Part shown: positions 17,122 through 46,091 of the stretch, piece after piece | How the letters are laid out: each line of letters begins with the position of its first letter | Numbering within the stretch: the first letter of the stretch is position 1 | Notes under the pieces: generated by a model | Told to the model about the DNA's origin: nothing | The model's database searches: none | Seen by the model: only the letters and a program-made list of their open reading frames with translations | Position numbers and translations under genes: made by a program | DNA from: Phaeosaccion multiseriatum | Lineage: Eukaryota; Protista; Ochrophyta, other classes | Direction of reading: 5' to 3' | Assembly: GCA_965112735.1 (NCBI GenBank) | Contig: OZ218965.1 | Location: forward strand, 1,426,001 to 1,490,000 | DNA: 64,000 nucleotides

Positions 17122-18564
17122 TCAGTCGGGGTAGTAAAACACCTCAAGCCCCTCGGGTAAATCTTCAGGCGGTGGTAAGCTCGTGAAGTCACTCGCGACT
17201 ATAAGCTCCGTCAGGCCGGCAGGTAGATTCTGTAACGGGCACGAGTAGTTCCGTCCCACCTTTAGCGCCCGGAGGGAGGCGGGCAGGTCCAGAGGGTGGT
17301 TAAAGTCATACCCCAGTTCCAACTCCTCTAAACCGCACGGAAGTACCAAGTGCTGATTAAACCGAAGGGTAAACACGATCTTCTTCAGCGAGGCAGGCAG
17401 GGCCAGAGGGAGGTTGAAGGCAGATCCCATCTTCACGTCCTCCACACCACAAGGAAGGACCAGGTGCTGATTGAACCTCGCTGCCGTGTTAAACTTGATC
17501 CTCTTCAGCGAGGAAGGCAGGTCCAGAGGGAGGTTAAAGGCACGCCCCATCTCTACCTCCTCCACACCACAAGGAAGGACCACGTGCTGATTGAACTTCT
17601 TGCCAAATTTGATCTTCTTCAGCGAGGCAGGCAGCGGGTCCAGAGGGAGGTCAAAGTCACCCCCCATCTCCACCTCCTCCACACCATCAGGAAGGACCAT
17701 GTGCTGATTGAAACTCGAGTCCCAGGCAAAACGGATCCTCTTCAGCGAGGCAGGCAGGTCCAGAGGGAGGTTAAAGTCACGCCCCATCGCCACGTCCTCC
17801 ACACCATCAGGAAGGGCGATGGGCTGATTGAAGTGATGCCAAAATTGGATCTTCTTCAGAGAGGCAGGAAGCTCCAGAGGAAGGTTGAAGCCACGCCCCA
17901 TCTCCACCTCCTCCACACCGCAAGGAAGGACCACGTGCTGATTGAAATCCCCGCCAAATGTGACCTTCTTCAGCGAAGCAGGAAGCTCCAGAGGGAAGTT
18001 AAACTCATACCCCATCAGCACCTCCTCCACTGTACTGGGCAGAGCTACGTCGGCCTTATTGAAATAGTCGGAGAAGAACACCTGCTTGACGGATGCTGGT
18101 AGCACCGCCAGGACCTTCGTCACAAGAGCCTCGTCGCCAGTTTTCATGTCCTCGTCCCTCGGATCTTCCCACCGGAGTCCAAGTTTCACAGCCGCCACGG
18201 CAAACGACCCTAGCCCCAATACAACTTCACTCTGCTCGTTCTGCTGCTCTTCCCGCTTCATCCGAATCCTCCCAGACCTTCGAGCCCCCTCCACAGCTGG
18301 TCTTCCCACCTCAGCTATAGTTGCAGCAGTACCACCCGCTCCCTCGGATAAGGAAGGGGCAGGACGACACCTCTCCTCTTCTACCTTTTGCTGCCTCAGC
18401 ATGCTCAGCAAACGAAGCTGAACACATTCAGGCATGGCGCCGCTCATCACCAGAGTGCGGAAGGTGCCCTCATCGACCTCCCTGCACACTCCCCACAGAG
18501 CCTTGTCCGAAGTTAGGCTCGCCACAGTTCTCAAAGCCGCTCTCGCATCCCTATGCTCAGGCAT
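17122..18564 (-). CDS. Intronless FNIP-like (LRR-type) repeat protein A, 480 aa
   Basis: About 14 repeats of ~19 aa (FNxxxxLPxxxxxxxxG) alternating FNQHVVLPCGVEEVEMG and FNLPLDLPASLKKIxF. Paralog at 23493-24950. Confidence 0.85.
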   Translation of the reverse strand: MPEHRDARAALRTVASLTSDKALWGVCREVDEGTFRTLVMSGAMPECVQLRLLSMLRQQKVEEERCRPAPSLSEGAGGTAATIAEVGRPAVEGARRSGRIRMKREEQQNEQSEVVLGLGSFAVAAVKLGLRWEDPRDEDMKTGDEALVTKVLAVLPASVKQVFFSDYFNKADVALPSTVEEVLMGYEFNFPLELPASLKKVTFGGDFNQHVVLPCGVEEVEMGRGFNLPLELPASLKKIQFWHHFNQPIALPDGVEDVAMGRDFNLPLDLPASLKRIRFAWDSSFNQHMVLPDGVEEVEMGGDFDLPLDPLPASLKKIKFGKKFNQHVVLPCGVEEVEMGRAFNLPLDLPSSLKRIKFNTAARFNQHLVLPCGVEDVKMGSAFNLPLALPASLKKIVFTLRFNQHLVLPCGLEELELGYDFNHPLDLPASLRALKVGRNYSCPLQNLPAGLTELIVASDFTSLPPPEDLPEGLEVFYYPD

Positions 18565-18656
18565 TGCTTCACGAGACTTGTCCGTGACATGTACTCAATT
18601 CTTCATTTATTTTCTTTTTTCTTTTTTATTGACGTCACAGCTGGTGAGAGGAAATT

Positions 18657-18722
<66 letters not shown>

Positions 18723-18729
18723 TCCTTCT

Positions 18730-18976
18730 TCGGCTCCAGGCGAGGTTTCTCGGGCTTTAGGGCCGTAGCCCCCTCCAGGCTTCGGGCTTCTGGCCGCAGG
18801 CCAGTGGTCAGGCTTCAGGCTTCTCAGGCTGGGAGAAAAACGGGGGACTTGGCAGGCTTTTCGCTACTTTCTGCAGGCTTCTGGCCGCAGGCCAGCCGCA
18901 GGCTTCTTACTTTCGGCCGCAGGCCGCCGCAGGCTTCTGCTTTATCGGGGGCCCGAGAAACCTCGCCTGGAGCCGA
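18730..18976. mobile_element. 247-bp MITE (copy 1) with perfect 26-bp TIR TCGGCTCCAGGCGAGGTTTCTCGGGC
   Basis: TIRs at 18730-18755 and 18951-18976, internal repeated AGGCTTC motifs, near-identical copy at 22764-23016. Confidence 0.9.
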
Positions 18977-18997
18977 CGCGCTGTCTGCCCTGGTCAC

Positions 18998-20086
18998 TCA
19001 GTCCTCGCACTCGCAGGGGTGACCATTGGCGTGCACCCACTGCTTCATCTCCTCAAAGGCGGCAGGGGGCATATCCAAGCAATCAGCATATTCGTTTTTC
19101 ACGACTTGTGGGCATGCCCTCCTATCCCAGGGACACATGACCTCCTCCGAGCGGAGCCACTTCAGGACAGAGAGGCTCTTACCGCCACGAACTGCTGCAG
19201 TAGTGACATCTTCATTCCACCCGCACAGCTCCCGTGCGTTTGCATGCAGCCACTGCAGCACTTCCAGATTGCCTTCCGTGGCCGCCCAGAAAGCCCCATC
19301 CCTCCACCCGCTGGAGTTACCTGCCGCCTCCATCTTAGCTCTGACCTTGGGATGGTGCACAAGCATGTCCAACGCGCGAATGCGCCCCGCTCGCACAGCC
19401 CCCACCCACATACCAGACTTAGGAGGGCCCTCAAACTCGTCGGACAGCAGCCACGTAAGAACCTCCACATGGCCGCACTTGCCAGCTTCGAGACAAATGA
19501 AGTGCTGATCCCACGGGGACCGCTCCTTGTTGGGCAGGTCCTCCGCTCGCAGCCATTGGAGGATGCTCAGTGCATGCCTTTCATTCCTCACCGCAGCTAT
19601 GCATACGGCCCAACCCCAGGCACACCCCATGCTGTGAAGAGCCTTGCAAATACGCAAGTCTCCGTACTGTGCCGCAGCCTCAAAAGTCTTCACACTCAGC
19701 TCATACCCGTACTTCCTGGCCCACCTCAAACGTTCCTCAGACTCAACCACACTCCTGATCCGGGTTGTCTTGGCCGGATGAAGACGTCTGTAGTGCTCCT
19801 TCCACTCCTTGCTCACCGCCGCTACGAACAAGTCGTGGCCCCCACCAGTCCACTCCATCACGCTACTGAGCAATACATCCTGGGCCAGAGCCTCTTCACA
19901 AGCTTCGAAGGTCTGAGCATCGCTTCCCTCGCCTCCAGCAAGGTCGGCGGGGCCGGTAGAAGCTACCACAGCGGCACCGGCACCACCGCCTCCATGCAAA
20001 GTCAGACATACTTCCCCTGCCGAGGAGTCGGTGGGTGGAGCTGGCTGGAGCCTTTTGCCGCCATGCTTTCGGCTCGGTACGTCCAT
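18998..20086 (-). CDS. Intronless ankyrin-like repeat protein A (GNLEVLQWL/CPW type) with F-box-like N-terminal segment
   Basis: AAQYGDLRICKAL, CGHVEVLTWL, EGNLEVLQWLHAN and LKWLRSEEVMCPWD motifs. The ORF is open to 20266; start at MDVPS (20086) is assumed. Confidence 0.8.
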   Translation of the reverse strand: MDVPSRKHGGKRLQPAPPTDSSAGEVCLTLHGGGGAGAAVVASTGPADLAGGEGSDAQTFEACEEALAQDVLLSSVMEWTGGGHDLFVAAVSKEWKEHYRRLHPAKTTRIRSVVESEERLRWARKYGYELSVKTFEAAAQYGDLRICKALHSMGCAWGWAVCIAAVRNERHALSILQWLRAEDLPNKERSPWDQHFICLEAGKCGHVEVLTWLLSDEFEGPPKSGMWVGAVRAGRIRALDMLVHHPKVRAKMEAAGNSSGWRDGAFWAATEGNLEVLQWLHANARELCGWNEDVTTAAVRGGKSLSVLKWLRSEEVMCPWDRRACPQVVKNEYADCLDMPPAAFEEMKQWVHANGHPCECED

Positions 20087-20676
20087 GTCTTCTGCGGTCC
20101 CACTCTGGATGACTGGTTGGCACGTATGATGTGCGGTGTGGGGCAGGTGATGGGGGGGAAGAAGCCTTTTAGCTTTCCTCAGCGAAGCCTGGTACGACGA
20201 GAGAAGAGAAGGGGGAGGGGGATTGACAGGACGGAAATGACACGCAGTGTGAGGAAAAGGCGGCATCGGTACCTCCCCTGCTGTTGGGCCTTTGCCGAGA
20301 CCCCCCCCGAAGAGCCGAAGAGAAGGGGAGGGGATGGAAGCTGAATTCGATGGACTCGATCACCATCTCTCCGCACGGCCTCGACTGCTCTAAGTCTCCT
20401 CCAGCCTGCACTCTTCAGCGCCACACTCCTACCTGCAGCTTGGTGGAAAACGGTGCGTGGAGAGTGAGTTGAGAGGGATACAAGGCAAGTTGGTCGTTCA
20501 GCGTCGGCCTGGTAGTGGACATCTGTAGTCGCCACACGACCCGAAGAGACGGAGCGAGCGCGGGGCCGGCGCAAACAAGGCCGCCATTGCTGCATGATGG
20601 CACAGAGAAGGTGGGGCCATTAGTCACTTCTTTGAAGCGCTGCAGATACTCTGGCGAAGTGGGCAACACACACGCC

Positions 20677-21711
20677 ATGGCAGAGGCAGAGGATGCCTCC
20701 AAGAGGCAGCGCCTGGGCACGGAGGAAGGTGTGACAAGTTGTACCGCGGAGACTGCCGAGGGAGAAGGTGCTGTGCAGGAGACCTACGTGGCCAGTGCCA
20801 AGGCCCTGGGAATGGAGGAGGTCCTGCAGAAAATCATGCCCCTTGTGGGGAAGGGCCGCCACGTCTTCACCGCCACCGTATGTAGGGAATGGAAAGAGCA
20901 CTACAGCGTGGCCCACCCTTCAGCCGAGACTTCCCTTGCAAGCGTGGTGGAGTCTGTCAGGTGCTTGCGGTGGGCCAAGGAGAAATGTGGGTACGAGCTG
21001 AGTGTGGACACTTTCAGAGCGGCGGCAGAGTACGGAGATGTGAGCGTGTGCGAGGAGCTTCACCACATGCACTGCCCCTGGGATACAACGGCCTGTAGGG
21101 CGGCTGTGAGGAATGCTAGGCATGGACTGCGTATTCTCCAATGGCTGCATGGACTGCGTTTTCTCCAGTGGCTGCGATCCGAGGACCTGCCCAACGAGGA
21201 GCAAGGTCCTTGGTCACAGGATTGGGTCGGGTACTCAGCTGGCGAGTGCGGCAATGTGGAGGCTCTTACGTGGCTGCTGTCCGACGAGTTTGAGGGCCCT
21301 CCTCAATATTATATGTGGAAGGGGGCTGTAAAGGGGGGGTGCATTCGCGCGTTGGACATGCTTGTGCACCATCCGAAGGTAGCTGAGATGGGGGCGGCTG
21401 TGGGATGGACGAGGGGGGCTCTCTGGGCGGCCCAGGAAGGCAATCTGGAAGTGCTGCAGTGGCTGCATGCAAACGCACGGGAGCTGTGCACGTGGGATGA
21501 AAATGTCACTACTGCAGCAACAAAGTGGGGGAGCCTCTCTGTCCTGAAGTGGCTCCGCTCGGAGGAGGTCATGTGTCCCTGGAACGAGCGCGCATGCCAA
21601 CAGTACTGGAAAGACGCATATGGTGATGACTGGGATATGCCCCCTGCCGCTTTTGAGGAGATGAAGCAGTGGGTGCACGCCAATGGTCACCCCTGCGACT
21701 GCGAGGACTGA
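20677..21711 (+). CDS. Intronless ankyrin-like repeat protein B, divergently oriented paralog of A
   Basis: Same motifs and a near-identical C-terminus (DMPPAAFEEMKQWVHANGHPCxCED). The ORF is open from 20515; first in-frame ATG is at 20677. Confidence 0.8.
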   Translation: MAEAEDASKRQRLGTEEGVTSCTAETAEGEGAVQETYVASAKALGMEEVLQKIMPLVGKGRHVFTATVCREWKEHYSVAHPSAETSLASVVESVRCLRWAKEKCGYELSVDTFRAAAEYGDVSVCEELHHMHCPWDTTACRAAVRNARHGLRILQWLHGLRFLQWLRSEDLPNEEQGPWSQDWVGYSAGECGNVEALTWLLSDEFEGPPQYYMWKGAVKGGCIRALDMLVHHPKVAEMGAAVGWTRGALWAAQEGNLEVLQWLHANARELCTWDENVTTAATKWGSLSVLKWLRSEEVMCPWNERACQQYWKDAYGDDWDMPPAAFEEMKQWVHANGHPCDCED

Positions 21712-22763
21712 CTGGCAGGAAGCGTTTCGAGATGGAGGCAGGACGGGTAGGAAGGGAGGCGGCCCTGAGAAGGCGGCGACAGCCTCTTCGAATAGGGGGG
21801 GCAACAAGTCGAGGTGAGCGGGGCGGATGGGAGTGCTCTCTGGCTTGGCGGTGCTTTCGAGGTTACCGAATGCCCATCTGCTGCTTGTTCTGCTGCTATC
21901 TGTTCTCTGATCCTCTTCCCTGCCCCCTTCCCCGCCTCTGCCTGCCCCCTCTTGCCCCGACCCCACAGCCCGTCGCCCAGACCGACCCAGCCCCCTTTGG
22001 CTGCTCCACTCGAGCAAGACGGTGGTGCTTCAGGGATGATGCAAGCACGGGGTACACACGTCAGATGGGGGCAGCGCGGGCGGGGCAGCTGAGCGAAGCC
22101 GCAGAGGAGATGAAGAAGGACGGGAGGAAGAAGGAGGAGGCGGAGAGGAAGAGGAATGAGGTCCAGGATGAGACTGAGACGGAGGGGGGACAGAAGCGGA
22201 AGGCAGTCTGTATGATAGGGGTGTTATTTTTGCAAAGTGGAGTTGGGGGTGGGTGAATAGTGGTGGTGCCCCACTATTGCTATTGCATGCGCTCCTCCAG
22301 AGCGTTTGGGAGTGGAGCAGGGCAGAGCATTGCGGCCCTGGCTTTGGGGAAGGCGCCCACCCGCCCGTGCAGAGCAGCGAGGCAAGCGGAATGGGCCAGG
22401 CCTTGTGGGGGCATGCGTGATTAGGGTTAAGGCAATGAAGAGCTCACACAATAGACTTCCTGCTTGGCGCTCTCCGCGGGGGGTTGAATAAGGGCAGCAG
22501 TAGAAGATGAGAAAGGGGAAGGGCGTTTCGAATAAGTCATTGGAGAGGGGTGCGTGGCACTGCTCGACCAAAGGCTTCGCAGAGGGAAAGGGCCAAGTCA
22601 AACTGTCTATATATTATACGTACGTGTTAAGCTTTATGGTATCCATTGATTCGGCTGGAAGAAGAAGCACACTTCTCACAAAGAGAGAGGGGCTGAAGTG
22701 AAGCCCCTTTCTATGGCACCGTGTGCGAAACAAGACGATGCTTGACGCAGGAGGGGCCGCGCT

Positions 22764-23016
22764 TCGGCGGCGAGGTTTCTCGGGCTTTAGGCTTCTGGGC
22801 CGTAGCCCCCTCCAGGCTTCGGGCTTCTGGCCGCAGGCCAGTGGTCAGGCTTCAGGCTTCTCAGGCTGGGAGAAAAATGGGGGACTTGGCAGGCTTTTCG
22901 CTACTTTCTGCAGGCTTCTGGCCGCAGGCCAGCCGCAGGCTTCTTACTTTCGGCCGCAGGCCGCCGCAGGCTTCTGCTTTATCGGGGGGGGCCCGAGAAA
23001 CCTCGCCTGGAGCCGA
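22764..23016. mobile_element. 253-bp MITE (copy 2), direct orientation relative to copy 1
   Basis: Differs from copy 1 by a 4-nt deletion (TCCA) in the left TIR, a 7-nt insertion, one C/T change and a longer G run. Right TIR is intact. Confidence 0.9.
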
Positions 23017-23492
23017 CCTTCTCTACAGATAGCAGTCTACCAATTCAAACACTGCTAACCAACCTCGCTGTGCACCATCTGCCCGCAGGGGAAGGGGGTG
23101 GGGGAGGCAGACCCGCAACAACCAGACAAGAGAGGGAGTGATCAAATATGCATCTGAGTCGGCGACCTTCGGTGCAGTGACGGATCAGTATGTATTGCCC
23201 CTGACTGAGCTGACTACCCTCAGCACTGCCAACATGCTTCACACGGAAACCTTCCCCAAAGGCTCACCCTATTCCTACTCAGACCAAAAGATAGAGGGGC
23301 AGACACGCACTTGGAGAAACCGCCGTGTCCATATGACAGGGGAGTGGGGCGACGCTCTTCAGGCAGGAAGTGCCCTGACTTGGCCAATCTCACTCCCAAA
23401 GTCCCCCTCCCCTCCTCCTCTTCTCGGCCCTGTCCTTCTACCGCCATCGTCCTCTTCCTCTCACCGTCCTCAGCCGAGTCGCATCATCCTTT

Positions 23493-24950
23493 TTAGTAGA
23501 GAAAGAGCTTCATCCCTTCGGGTCGATCTGCAGGCAACCGACATTTCCCCCCAACTGTGAGCCTCTTCAGGCCAGCAGGTAGGCTCTCCACAGGGCAGGT
23601 GTAATTCGGTCCGAACTTCAGAGCCTGCAAAGAAGCAGGCAGGGCCAAAGGGAGGTCAAAGTGACCCCCCATCTTCACGTCCTCCATACCGCAAGGAAGC
23701 ACCATGTGATGATTGAACTTCGAGTTCCAAGTAAAACGAATCCTCTTGAGCGAGGCAGGCAGGTCCAGAGGGAGACTAAAGTCACATCCCATCGCCACCT
23801 CCTCCACACCGCACGGAAGGACCACGTGCTGATTGAACCTTGCGCCAAAAATGACCTCCTTCAGCGAGGCAGGGAGATCCAGAGGCAAGTTGAAGTCATC
23901 CCCCATGTGCACCTCCTCCACACCGCACGGAAGGACCACGTGCTGATTGAATCTCGCGCCAAATTTGATCTTCTTCAGTGAGGCGGGCAGGTCTAGAGGG
24001 TGGTTAAACTCATACCCCATCTCCACCTCCTCCACACCACAAGGAAGGACCACCTGTTGTTTGAACCTCCCGCCAAACGTGATCTTCTTCAGAGAGGTAG
24101 GCAGATCCAGAGGGAGGTCGAAGTCACCCCCCATACGCAGCTCTTCCAATCCAGAAGGAAGGACCACGTGATGGTTAAAGTGAAGGCCGAATTGCACCTT
24201 CTTCAGAGAGGCAGGCAGTACAACGCTTCGGTTGAACACCCCCCCAAATCGGATCCTCTTCAGGGACGAAGGGAGGTCCAGAGCGCGGTCAAAGTTCCCA
24301 CCCATCTCAAACTCCTCCACACCACAAGGAAGGACCATGGGCTGGTTGAATCTCTCGCCGAATTTGACCTTCTTCAGCGAGGCAGGAAGCAAGACCTTCT
24401 TATTGAAGGCTTCTCCGAACGTGATTTCTTCCACTGTGGCAGGTATACACACGTTGCGCTGATTGAAAAAGGCGGAGAAGATCACACGCTTGACTGATGC
24501 TGGCAACAGCGCCAGTACCCTTGGAACAAGCGCCTCGTCTGCAGTTTTCATACCCTCGTCTTTCCGATCTTTCCAACCAAGGCCAAGCTTCACAGCCGCC
24601 ACGCGAAAATACCCTACCACATTCACCTGCTGGTCCTGCAGCTCCGCCTGCTTCGCCCGAATCCGCCCAGACCTTCGAGCCCCCTCCACAGCCGGCCTTT
24701 TAGCCGCAGCAGCAGCACCCGCTCCCTCGGATAAGGAAGATGCTGGAGGACGACACCTCTCCTCTTCTCCCTTCTGCTGCCTCAGTCTGCTCAGCATACT
24801 GAGTTGAACACATTCAGGCATGGCGCCGTTGATCACCAAAATGCGGGAGGTTCCCTCATCGACCTCCCTGCACACTCCCCACAGAGCCTTGTCCGAAGTT
24901 AGGCTCGCCACAGTTCTCAAAGCCGCTCTCGCCGACTTGGGCTCAGGCAT
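23493..24950 (-). CDS. Intronless FNIP-like repeat protein B, 485 aa
   Basis: N-terminus nearly identical to paralog A (ARAALRTVASLTSDKALWGVCREVDEGT), followed by about 15 ~19-aa repeats. Confidence 0.85.
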   Translation of the reverse strand: MPEPKSARAALRTVASLTSDKALWGVCREVDEGTSRILVINGAMPECVQLSMLSRLRQQKGEEERCRPPASSLSEGAGAAAAAKRPAVEGARRSGRIRAKQAELQDQQVNVVGYFRVAAVKLGLGWKDRKDEGMKTADEALVPRVLALLPASVKRVIFSAFFNQRNVCIPATVEEITFGEAFNKKVLLPASLKKVKFGERFNQPMVLPCGVEEFEMGGNFDRALDLPSSLKRIRFGGVFNRSVVLPASLKKVQFGLHFNHHVVLPSGLEELRMGGDFDLPLDLPTSLKKITFGGRFKQQVVLPCGVEEVEMGYEFNHPLDLPASLKKIKFGARFNQHVVLPCGVEEVHMGDDFNLPLDLPASLKEVIFGARFNQHVVLPCGVEEVAMGCDFSLPLDLPASLKRIRFTWNSKFNHHMVLPCGMEDVKMGGHFDLPLALPASLQALKFGPNYTCPVESLPAGLKRLTVGGKCRLPADRPEGMKLFLY

Positions 24951-25278
24951 TTATGCTTTTGTGCTAAAAAAAAAAGAGGAATCACCTGAGAACTGAAACT
25001 GAAAGTGATAGAATCCCATGGGGTGGTTCACAGATGACAATTGTCCGGCGGCTGAAACGTCTTCAAATATCTCCTCTTTTTCTCCTACTTCGAGCGAAGA
25101 AGTAGTACTTTTCGTCTCTTCTTGCTCTTCTCCCACAGACTTAAGTGTAACTGGGAATGGCTCTTCTCCTTATAAGGCTCTTCAAGAGACAAGGCCTGGA
25201 CAAGGAGCTTCTGTTGGAGCCACACGTGCGCACTTGATTGGTCTAACAAGCCTTTGTTTTTGTTCTTTTCTTCTGGCC

Positions 25279-44995
<19,717 letters not shown>

Positions 44996-45352
44996 GAAGC
45001 CGACGGACTGTGGCCTTGCTTCCAAGGCGGTGTGTGTGTGTGTGTGGGTGGGTGGGTAGTGGCTTTGGAGCTTGGAACCTTTGACTTGCCATCGACTCTC
45101 CTTGGTGCGAGCGTGTGCCTTTTGCTGTCAAGTGTGCTACTACTCGCTCCTGTGAGTGAGTGAGTGAGTGAGTGAGTGAGTGAGTGAGTGAGTGAGTGAG
45201 TGAGTGAGTGAGTGAGTGAGTGAGTGAGTGAGTGAGTGAGTGAGTGAGTGAGTGAGTGAGTGAGTGAGTGAGTGAGTGAGTGAGTGAGTGAGTGAGTGAG
45301 TGAGTGAGTGAGTGAGTGAGTGAGTGGGAGGGGGGGGGGGTGGGGCTCTGCA

Positions 45353-45479
45353 GGGGCGGTAGACCCTCTCTCTCTCTCTCTCTCTTAGACCAACAGCTTT
45401 TACGCCAAGGCACACAGCGGGGCGGTAGACCCTCTCTCTCTCTCTTAGACCAACAGCTTTTACGCCAAGGCACACAGCT
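45353..45479. repeat. ~60-bp direct tandem duplication
   Basis: GGGGCGGTAGACC(CT)nTAGACCAACAGCTTTTACGCCAAGGCACACAGC occurs twice. Confidence 0.85.
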
Positions 45480-45845
45480 GGCTCTGTTACGTACTACTTG
45501 TACGAAGTATGTGACCAAGAGCGCAAATCTTACCGAGGTCCCAGACGGTCCTCGTTTTCCCTCCTCCTGCACACGCACGTAATACTACGAAGTACACATA
45601 AACCATTGCTAATGTTTACAAAGTCTGTATCGATAAAGTCTATTATTACAAAGTCTATATTGATGACCGGCTTAAAATCCCATAAATACAAATAATTACA
45701 CCCACCGAGCAAGTGTTTGCAGCGCCCTTTCTTTCCCTACCCGGCAGCTAAGAGACTGCCTCTCCTGAACGCACTCACGCTGTTGAAGCCCCCCATGACT
45801 CCATCCACGTGGTGATCCCCGCCCTTCCCTTTCCTCCCCTGCTCT

Positions 45846-46047
45846 TCGGCTCCTGACATACTTCTGAGACAGGCCAGCCCAGAAGCAGGAAGCAGGCCGG
45901 CTGGCGCCGGCCAGAAGCAGGAACCAGCCTTGGCCCTCATCATTGCCTTATTAAAAGGCTTTCCCCCAGAACCTGGAACCTGCCTGGCCGGCTGGCGCCG
46001 GCCAGAAGCAGGAAGCAGGGTCGCCTCAGAAGCATGTCAGGGGCCGA
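45846..46047. mobile_element. 202-bp MITE, 23-bp TIR (TCGGCTCCTGACATACTTCTGAG, 2 mismatches), 6-bp TSD TGCTCT
   Basis: TGCTCT at 45840-45845 and 46048-46053. Shares TCGGCTCC.../...GCCGA termini with the 18730/22764 family and has internal GGCCAGAAGCAGGAA repeats. Confidence 0.9.
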
Positions 46048-46091
46048 TGCTCTCGAAGCGGTGCCCTCCACGTGGATACCGTGACGAGTGA

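Noticed and set aside
17280-18060. Regularly spaced repeats with variable intervening sequence (CRISPR-like look), also at 23600-24460
   Set aside because: These are protein-coding FNIP-like repeats in continuous ORFs, in a eukaryotic context with no cas genes.
19019-20344. Long antisense ORFs opposite the ankyrin/FNIP genes and ORFs made of repeats (LPPS, THSL, QTDR, VC)
   Set aside because: Shadow ORFs from GC-rich codon usage or stop-free microsatellites.
23138-23560. 140-aa ORF downstream of MITE copy 2
   Set aside because: Non-ATG start, no recognisable domain, and it overlaps the FNIP-B 3' end.
16344-25000. Complete endogenous giant virus or Polinton
   Set aside because: No capsid, polymerase, integrase, packaging ATPase or long terminal repeats in the window.
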